Below are positions 1-9,483 of a stretch of DNA of 64,000 bases, piece after piece (within the stretch, counting starts at the first letter, position 1; every line of letters starts with the position of its first letter). Source of the DNA: Eledone cirrhosa (lineage: Eukaryota); assembly GCA_964016885.1 (NCBI GenBank), contig OZ024741.1, positions 209,374,001-209,438,000 of the forward strand. The letters run 5' to 3'. Made by a program: the position numbers and the translations under genes. The notes under the pieces are model-generated. The model ran no database searches. It saw nothing but the letters and a program-made list of their open reading frames with translations, and was not told where the DNA came from.

Positions 1-423
1 GTGGCCTGATTTTCAGAAAGATATCTCCGTAAAATAACGAGTGGTGGATGTGTAAAATAATGAATTACGCACGAAAATGAGAAAATTTCGATTCTCGATC
101 GTGGGCCGGCCGGATGTCGCATCGATTCGTAAATAGAAGGATAATGTGCGGACACTCCTTGGCTGTGTGCGGCATGATTTTCAGGACGATATTTCCGTAA
201 AATCAAGAGTTGATAACCCCAACTTAACTTAACCCCAACTTAACTTAACCCCAACTTAACTTAACCGCAACCTAACTTAACCCCAACTTAACTTAACCCC
301 AACCTAACTTAACCCCAACTTAACTTAACCGCAACTTAACTTAACCGCAACCTAACTTAACCCCAACTTAACTTAACCGCAACTTAACTTAACCGCAACT
401 TAGCTTAATCCCAACCCTTGGTG

Positions 424-516
424 GGATCGATCTGTAATTACTGGTACATGTGCAGACACTCATTGGCTGTGTGTGGCCTGATTTTCAGAAAGATATCTCC
501 GTAAAATAACGAGTGG
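424..516 (+). repeat. Internal direct repeat, copy A (present in every monomer)
   Basis: 448-516 aligns without gaps to 616-684 with 9 mismatches in 69 nt. Similarity extends back to ggatcgat (424 vs 591) with a 1-nt indel. Confidence 0.93.
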
Positions 517-520
517 TGGC

Positions 521-543
521 TGCGTAAAATAATGAATTACGCA
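521..543. other. Inverted repeat TGCGTAA-N9-TTACGCA (in most monomers)
   Basis: 521-527 is the exact reverse complement of 537-543. Function unknown. Confidence 0.8.
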
Positions 544-590
544 CGAAAATGAGAAAATTTCGATTCTCGATCGTGGGCCGGCCGGATGTC

Positions 591-684
591 GGATCGATTC
601 GTAAATACAAGGATAATGTGCGGACACTCCTTGGCTGTGTGCGGCATGATTTTCAGGACGATATCTCCGTAAAATCAAGAGTTG
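591..684 (+). repeat. Internal direct repeat, copy A' (present in every monomer)
   Basis: atgtgcggacactccttggctgtgtgcggcatgattttcaggacgatatctccgtaaaatcaagagttg versus copy A atgtgcagacactcattggctgtgtgtggcctgattttcagaaagatatctccgtaaaataacgagtgg. Offset 168 bp. Confidence 0.93.
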
Positions 685-686
685 AT

Positions 687-935
687 AACCCCAACTTAAC
701 TTAACCCCAACTTAACTTAACCGCAACTTAACTTAACCGCAACCTAACTTAACCCCAACTTAACTTAACCGCAACCTAACTTAACCCCAACTTAACTTAA
801 CCGCAACTTAACTTAACCCCAACCTAACTTAACCCCAACTTAACTTAACCGCAACTTAACTTAACCGCAACCTAACTTAACCCCAACTTAACTTAACCGC
901 AACTTAACTTAACCGCAACTTAGCTTAACCCCAAC
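687..935. repeat. Nested 16-bp minisatellite AACC[C/G]CAAC[T/C]TAACTT, 15 full units plus a partial one (6-17 full units in other monomers); telomere-like, C-rich on the + strand
   Basis: Read directly. Units start at 687 and step by 16 to 926. The last full unit ends in AGCTT and is followed by the partial AACCCCAAC. Confidence 0.97.
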
Positions 936-2571
936 CCTTGGTGGGATCGATCTGTAATTACTGGTATATGTGCAGACACTCATTGGCTGTGTGTGGCCTG
1001 ATTTTCAGAAAGATATCTCCGTAAAATAACGAGTGGTGGCTGCGTAAAATAATGAATTACGCACGAAAATGAGAAAATTTCGATTCTCGATCGTGGGCCG
1101 GCCGGATGTCGGATCGATTCGTAAATACAAGGATAATGTGCGGACACTCCTTGGCTGTGTGCGGCATGATTTTCAGGACGATATCTCCGTAAAATCAAGA
1201 GTTGATAACCCCAACTTAACTTAACCTCAACTTAACTTAACCGCAACTTAACTTAACCGCAACCTAACTTAACCCCAACTTAACTTAACCGCAACCTAAC
1301 TTAACCCCAACTTAACTTAACCGCAACTTAACTTAACCCCAACCTAACTTAACTCCAACTTAACTTAACCGCAACTTAACTTAACCGCAACCTAACTTAA
1401 CCCCAACTTAATTTAACCGCAACCTAACTTAACCCCAACTTAACTTAACCGCAACTTAACTTAACCGCAACTTAGCTTAACCCCAAGCCTTGGTGGGATC
1501 GATCTGTAATTACTGGTACATGTGCAGACACTCATTGGCTGTGTGTGGCCTGATTTTCAGAAAGATATCTCCGTAAAATAACGAGTGGTGGCTGCGTAAA
1601 ATAATGAATTACGCACGAAAATGAGAAAATTTCGATTCTCGATCGTGGGCCGGCCGGATGTCGGATCGATTCGTAAATACAAGGATAATGTGCGGACACT
1701 CCTTGGCTGTGTGCGGCATGATTTTCAGGACGATATCTCCGTAAAATCAAGAGTTGATAACCCCAACTTAACTTAACCCCAACTTAACTTAACCGCAACT
1801 TAACTTAACCGCAACCTAACTTAACCCCAACTTAACTTAACCGCAACCTAACTTAACCCCAACTTAACTTAACCGCAACTTAACTTAACCCCAACCTAAC
1901 TTAACCCCAACTTAACTTAACCGCAACTTAACTTAACCGCAACCTAACTTAACCCCAACTTAACTTAACCGCAACTTAACTTAACCGCAACTTAGCTTAA
2001 CCCCAACCCTTGGTGGGATCGATCTGTAATTACTGGTATATGTGCAGACACTCATTGGCTGTGTGTGGCCTGATTTTCAGAAAGATATCTCCGTAAAATA
2101 ACGAGTGGTGGCTGCGTAAAATAATGAATTACGCACGAAAATGAGAAAATTTCGATTCTCGATCGTGGGCCGGCCGGATGTCGGATCGATTCGTAAATAC
2201 AAGGATAATGTGCGGACACTCCTTGGCTGTGTGCGGCATGATTTTCAGGACGATATCTCCGTAAAATCAAGAGTTGATAACCCCAACTTAACTTAACCTC
2301 AACTTAACTTAACCGCAACTTAACTTAACCGCAACCTAACTTAACCCCAACTTAACTTAACCGCAACCTAACTTAACCCCAACTTAACTTAACCGCAACT
2401 TAACTTAACCCCAACCTAACTTAACTCCAACTTAACTTAACCGCAACTTAACTTAACCGCAACCTAACTTAACCCCAACTTAATTTAACCGCAACTTAAC
2501 TTAACCGCAACTTAGCTTAACCCCAACCCTTGGTGGGATCGATCTGTAATTACTGGTACATGTGCAGACAC

Positions 2572-5500
2572 TCATTGGCTGTGTGTGGCCTGATTTTCAG
2601 AAAGATATCTCCGCAAAATAACGAGTGGTCGCTGCGTAAAATAATGAATTACGCACGAAAATGAGAAAATTTCGATTCTCGATCGTCGGCCGGCCGGATG
2701 TCGGATCGATTCGTAAATACAAGGATAATGTGCGGACACTCCTTGGCTATGTGCGGCATGATTTTCAGGACGATATCTCCGTAAAATCAAGAGTTGATAA
2801 CCCCAACTTAACTTAACCCCAACTGAACTTAACCGCAACTTAACTCAACCCCAACTTAACTTAACCGCAACCTAACTTAACCCCAACTTAACTTAACCGC
2901 AACTTAACTTAACCCCAACCTAACTTAACCCCAACTTAACTTAACCGCAACTTAACTTAACCGCAACCTAACTTAACCCCAACTTAACTTAACCGCAACT
3001 TAACTTAACCGCAACTTAGCTTAACCCCAACCCTTGGTGGGATCGATCTGTAATTACTGGTACATGTGCAGACAATCATTGGCTGTGTGTGGCCTGATTT
3101 TCAGAAAGATATCTCCGTAAAATAACGAGTGGTGGCTGCGTAAAATAATGAATTACGCACGAAAATGAGAAAATTTCGATTCTCGATCGTGGGCCGGCCG
3201 GATGTCGGATCGATTCGTAAATACAAGGATAATGTGCGGACACTCCTTGGCTGTGTGCGGCATGATTTTCAGGACGATATCTCCGTAAAATCAAGAGTTG
3301 ATATCCCCAACTTAACTTAACCCCAACTTAACTTAACCGCAACTTAACTTAACCGCAACCTAACTTAACCCCAACTTAACTTAACCGCAACCTAACTTAA
3401 CCCCAACTTAACTTAACCGCAACTTAACTTAACCGCAACTTAGCTTAACCCCAACCCTTGGTGGGATCGATCTGTAATTACTGGTACATGTGCAGACACT
3501 CATTGGCTGTGCGTGGCCTGATTTTCAGAAAGATATCTCCGTAAAATAACGAGTGGTGGCTGCGTAAAATAATGAATTACGCACGAAAATGAGAAAATTT
3601 AGATTCTCGATCGTGGGCCGGCCGGATGTCTGATCGATTCGTAAATACAAGGATAATGTGCGGACACTCCTTGGCTGTGTGTGGCATGATTTTCAGGACG
3701 ATATCTCCGTAAAATCAAGAGTTGATAACCCCAACTTAACTTAACCCCAACTTAACTTAACCGCAACTTAACTTAACCGCAACCTAACTTAACCCCAACT
3801 TAACTTAACCGCAACCTAACTTAACCCCAACTTAACTTAACCGCAACTTAACTTAACCCCAACCTAACTTAACCCCAACTTAACTTAACCGCAACTTAAC
3901 TTAACCGCAACCTAACTTAACCCCAACTTAACTTAACCGCAACTTAACTTAACCGCAACTTAGCTTAACCCCAACCCTTGGTGGGATCGATCTGTAATTA
4001 CTGGTACATGTGCAGACACTCATTGGCTGTGTGTGGCCTGATTTTCAGAAAGATATCTCCGTAAAATAACGAGTGGTGGCTGCGTAAAATAATGAATTAC
4101 GCACGAAAATGAGAAAATTTCGATTCTCGATCGTGGGCCGGCCGGATGTCGCATCGATTCGTAAATAGAAGGATAATGTGCGGACACTCGTTGGCTGTGT
4201 GCGGCATGATTTTCAGGACGATATCTCCGTAAAATCAAGAGTTGATAACCCCAACTTAACTTAACCTCAACTTAACTTAACCGCAACTTAACTTAACCGC
4301 AACCTAACTTAACCCCAACTTAACTTAACCGCAACCTAACTTAACCCCAACTTAACTTAACCGCAACTTAACTTAACCCCAACCTAACTTAACTCCAACT
4401 TAACTTAACCGCAACTTAACTTAACCGCAACCTAACTTAACCCCAACTTAATTTAACCGCAACTTAACTTAACCGCAACTTAGCTTAACCCCAACCCTTG
4501 GTGGGATCGATCTGTAATTACTGGTACATGTGCAGACACTCATTGGCTGTGTGTGGCCTGATTTTCAGAAAGATATCTCCGCAAAATAACGAGTGGTCGC
4601 TGCGTAAAATAATGAATTACGCACGAAAATGAGAAAATTTCGATTCTCGATCGTCGGCCGGCCGGATGTCGGATCGATTCGTAAATACAAGGATAATGTG
4701 CGGACACTCCTTGGCTATGTGCGGCATGATTTTCAGGACGATATCTCCGTAAAATCAAGAGTTGATAACCCCAACTTAACTTAACCCCAACTGAACTTAA
4801 CCGCAACTTAACTCAACCCCAACTTAACTTAACCGCAACCTAACTTAACCCCAACTTAACTTAACCGCAACTTAACTTAACCCCAACCTAACTTAACCCC
4901 AACTTAACTTAACCGCAACTTAACTTAACCGCAACCTAACTTAACCCCAACTTAACTTAACCGCAACTTAACTTAACCGCAACTTAGCTTAACCCCAACC
5001 CTTGGTGGGATCGATCTGTAATTACTGGTACATGTGCAGACAATCATTGGCTGTGTGTGGCCTGATTTTCAGAAAGATATCTCCGTAAAATAACGAGTGG
5101 TGGCTGCGTAAAATAATGAATTACGCACGAAAATGAGAAAATTTCGATTCTCGATCGTGGGCCGGCCGGATGTCGGATCGATTCGTAAATACAAGGATAA
5201 TGTGCGGACACTCCTTGGCTGTGTGCGGCATGATTTTCAGGACGATATCTCCGTAAAATCAAGAGTTGATATCCCCAACTTAACTTAACCCCAACTTAAC
5301 TTAACCGCAACTTAACTTAACCGCAACCTAACTTAACCCCAACTTAACTTAACCGCAACCTAACTTAACCCCAACTTAACTTAACCGCAACTTAACTTAA
5401 CCGCAACTTAGCTTAACCCCAACCCTTGGTGGGATCGATCTGTAATTACTGGTACATGTGCAGACACTCATTGGCTGTGCGTGGCCTGATTTTCAGAAAG

Positions 5501-5987
5501 ATATCTCCGTAAAATAACGAGTGGTGGCTGCGTAAAATAATGAATTACGCACGAAAATGAGAAAATTTAGATTCTCGATCGTGGGCCGGCCGGATGTCTG
5601 ATCGATTCGTAAATACAAGGATAATGTGCGGACACTCCTTGGCTGTGAGTGGCATGATTTTCAGGACGATATCTCCGTAAAATCAAGAGTTGATAACCCC
5701 AACTTAACTTAACCCCAACTTAACTTAACCCCAACTTAACTTAACCGCAACCTAACTTAACCCCAACTTAACTTAACCGCAACCTAACTTAACCCCAACT
5801 TAACTTAACCGCAACTTAACTTAACCCCAACCTAACTTAACCCCAACTTAACTTAACCGCAACTTAACTTAACCGCAACCTAACTTAACCCCAACTTAAC
5901 TTAACCGCAACTTAACTTAACCGCAACTTAGCTTAACCCCAACCCTTGGTGGGATCGATCTGTAATTACTGGTACATGTGCAGACAC
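2572..5987. repeat. Higher-order tandem duplication, period 1968 bp (4 monomers)
   Basis: The monomer series 504/424/520 with shared SNPs (ccgcaaaata, ggctatg, gacaatca, tttagatt) occurs at 2572 and again at 4540. Confidence 0.88.
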
Positions 5988-8900
5988 TCATTGGCTGTGT
6001 GTGGCCTGATTTTCAGAAAGATATCTCCGTAAAATAACGAGTGGTGGCTGCGTAAAATAATGAATTACGCACGAAAATGAGAAAATTTCGATTCTCGAAC
6101 GTGGGCCGGCCGGATGTCGCATCGATTCGTAAATAGAAGGATAATGTGCGGACACTCCTTGGCTGTGTGCGGCATGATTTTCAGGACGATATTTCCGTAA
6201 AATCAAGAGTTGATAACCCCAACTTAACTTAACCCCAACTTAACTTAACCCCAACTTAACTTAACCGCAACCTAACTTAACCCCAACTTAACTTAACCCC
6301 AACCTAACTTAACCCCAACTTAACTTAACCGCAACTTAACTTAACCGCAACCTAACTTAACCCCAACTTAACTTAACCGCAACTTAACTTAACCGCAACT
6401 TAGCTTAACCCCAACCCTTGGTGGGATCGATCTGTAATTACTGGTACATGTGCAGACACTCATTGGCTGTGTGTGGCCTGATTTTCAGAAAGATATCTCC
6501 GTAAAATAACGAGTGGTGGCTGCGTAAAATAATGAATTACGCACGAAAATGAGAAAATTTCGATTCTCGATCGTGGGCCGGCCGTATGTCGGATCGATTC
6601 GTAAATACAACGATAATGTGCGGACACTCCTTGGCTGTGTGCGGCATGATTTTCAGGACGATATCTCCGTAAAATCAAGAGTTGATAACCCCAACTTAAC
6701 TTAACCCCAACTTAACTTAACCGCAACTTAACTTAACCGCAACCTAACTTAACCCCAACTTAACTTAACCGCAACCTAACTTAACCCCAACTTAACTTAA
6801 CCGCAACTTAACTTAACCCCAACCTAACTTAACCCCAACTTAACTTAACCGCAACTTAACTTAACCGCAACCTAACTTAACCCCAACTTAACTTAACCGC
6901 AACTTAACTTAACCGCAACTTAGCTTAACCCCAACCCTTGGTGGGATCGATCTGTAATTACTGGTACATGTGCAGACACTCATTGGCTGTGTGTGGCCTG
7001 ATTTTCAGAAAGATATCTCCGTAAAATAACGAGTGGTGGATGTGTAAAATAATGAATTACGCACGAAAATGAGAAAATTTCGATTCTCGATCGTGGGCCG
7101 GCCGGATGTCGCATCGATTCGTAAATAGAAGGATAATGTGCGGACACTCCTTGGCTGTGTGCGGCATGATTTTCAGGACGATATTTCCGTAAAATCAAGA
7201 GTTGATAACCCCAACTTAACTTAACCCCAACTTAACTTAACCCCAACTTAACTTAACCGCAACATAACTTAACCCCAACTTAACTTAACCCCAACCTAAC
7301 TTAACCCCAACTTAACTTAACCGCAACTTAACTTAACCGCAACCTAACTTAACCCCAACTTAACTTAACCGCAACTTAACTTAACCGCAACTTAGCTTAA
7401 CCCCAACCCTTGGTGGGATCGATCTGTAATTACTGGTACATGTGCAGACACTCATTGGCTGTGTGTGGCCTGATTTTCAGAAAGATATCTCCGTAAAATA
7501 ACGAGTGGTGGCTGCGTAAAATAATGAATTACGCACGAAAATGAGAAAATTTCGATTCTCGATCGTGGGCCGGCCGGATGTCGGATCGATTCGTAAATAC
7601 AAGGATAATGTGCGGACACTCCTTGGCTGTGTGCGGCATGATTTTCAGGACGATATCTCCGTAAAATCAAGAGTTGATAACCCCAACTTAACTTAACCCC
7701 AACTTAACTTAACCGCAACTTAACTTAACCCAAACCTAACTTAACCCCAACTTAACTTAACCGCAACTTAACTTAACCGCAACCTAACTTAACCCCAACT
7801 TAACTTAACCGCAACTTAACTTAACCGCAACTTAGCTTAACCCCAACCCTTGGTGGGATCGATCTGTAATTACTGGTACATATGCAGACACTCATTGGCT
7901 GTGTGTGGCCTGATTTTCAGAAAGATATCTCCGTAAAATAACGAGTGGTGGCTGCGTAAAATAATGAATTACGCACGAAAATGAGAAAATTTCGATTCTC
8001 GATCGTGGGCCGGCCGGATGTCGCATCGATTCGTAAATAGAAGGATAATGTGCGGACACTCCTTGGCTGTGTGCGGCATGATTTTCAGGACGATATTTCC
8101 GTAAAATCAAGAGTTGATAACCCCAACTTAACTTAACCCCAACTTAACTTAACCCCAACTTAACTTAACCCCAACTTAACTTAACCGCAACTTAACTTAA
8201 CCGCAACCTAACTTAACCCCAACTTAACTTAACCGCAACCTAACTTAACCCCAACTTAGCTTAACCGCAACTTAACTTAACCCCAACCTAACTTAACCCC
8301 AACTTAACTTAACCGCAACTTAACTTAACCGCAACCTAACTTAACCCCAACTTAACTTAACCGCAACTTAACTTAACCGCAACTTAGCTTAACCCCAACC
8401 CTTGGTGGGATCGATCTGTAATTACTGGTACATGTGCAGACACTCATTGGCTGTGTGTGGCCTGATTTTCAGAAAGATATCTCAGTAAAATAACGAGTGG
8501 TGGCTGCGTAAAATAATGAATTACGCACGAAAATGAGAAAATTTCGATTCTCGATCGTGGGCCGGCCGGATGTCGGATCGATTCGTAAATACAAGGATAA
8601 TGTGCGGACACTCCTTGCCTGTGTGCGGCATGATTTTCAGGACGATATCTCCGTAAAATCAAGAGTTGATAACCCCAACTTAACTTAACCCCAACTTAAC
8701 TTAACCGCAACTTAACTTAACCGCAACCTAACTTAACCCCAACTTAACTTAACCGCAACCTAACTTAACCCCAACTTAACTTAACCGCAACTTAACTTAA
8801 CCCCAACCTAACTTAACCCCAACTTAACTTAACCGCAACTTAACTTAACCGCAACCTAACTTAACCCCAACTTAACTTAACCGCAACTTAACTTAACCGC

Positions 8901-9483
8901 AACTTAGCTTAACCCCAACCCTTGGTGGGATCGATCTGTAATTACTGGTACATGTGCAGACACTCATTGGCTGTGTGTGGCCTGATTTTCAGAAAGATAT
9001 CTCCGTAAAATAACGAGTGGTGGCTGCGTAAAATAATGAATTACGCACGAAAATGAGAAAGTTTCGATTCTCGATCGTGGGCCGGCCGGATGTCGGATCG
9101 ATTCGTAAATACAAGGATAATGTGCGGACACTCCTTGGCTGTGTGCGGCATGATTTTCAGGACGATATCTCCGTAAAATCAAGAGTTGATAACCCCAACT
9201 TAACTTAACCCCAACTTAACTTAACCGCAACTTTACTTAACCGCAACCTAACTTAACCCCAACTTAACTTAACCGCAACCTAACTTAACCCCAACTTAAC
9301 TTAACCCCAACTTAACTTAACCCCAACCTAACTTAACCCCAACTTAACTTAACCGCAACTTAACTTAACCGCAACCTAACTTAAACCCAACTTAACTTAA
9401 CCGCAACTTAACTTAACCGCAACTTAGCTTAACCCCAACCCTTGGTGGGATCGATCTGTAATTACTGGTACATGTGCAGACAC

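Larger units (their letters stand above)
416..935. repeat. Representative canonical 520-bp monomer (complex segment 416-686 plus 16-bp mini-array 687-935)
   Basis: The sequence starting at 416 (ccttggtgggatcg...) recurs at 936, exactly 520 bp later. The same structure is the commonest monomer in the window. Confidence 0.97.

Noticed and set aside
416-686. Tandem 5S rRNA, tRNA, snRNA or spliced-leader RNA gene cluster
   Set aside because: I could not recognise 5S, tRNA cloverleaf, box A/B or Sm-site/U-snRNA consensus on either strand. An Rfam/Infernal scan would be decisive.
549-704. 51-aa ATG-initiated plus-strand ORF MRKFRFSIVGRPDVGSIRK..., resembling the 'IVGRPNVGKS' start of Era/EngA GTPases
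   Set aside because: It lacks the essential GKS/T of the P-loop and ends in the 16-mer array. It is truncated by stops in the common taGaa and tcTga monomer types, so this is most likely a chance resemblance.
687-935. Strong G-quadruplex or i-motif array
   Set aside because: G4 tracts on the minus strand are separated by at least 12-nt loops and about half are interrupted (GCGG), so canonical four-tract motifs are rare. Weak structures cannot be excluded.
416-935. Tandem non-autonomous Helitron/MITE or piggyBac target array (many TTAA)
   Set aside because: There are no clear terminal inverted repeats, TC...CTRR termini with a proper subterminal hairpin, target-site duplications or insertions at TTAA. 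A transposon ancestry remains possible but is unsupported here.
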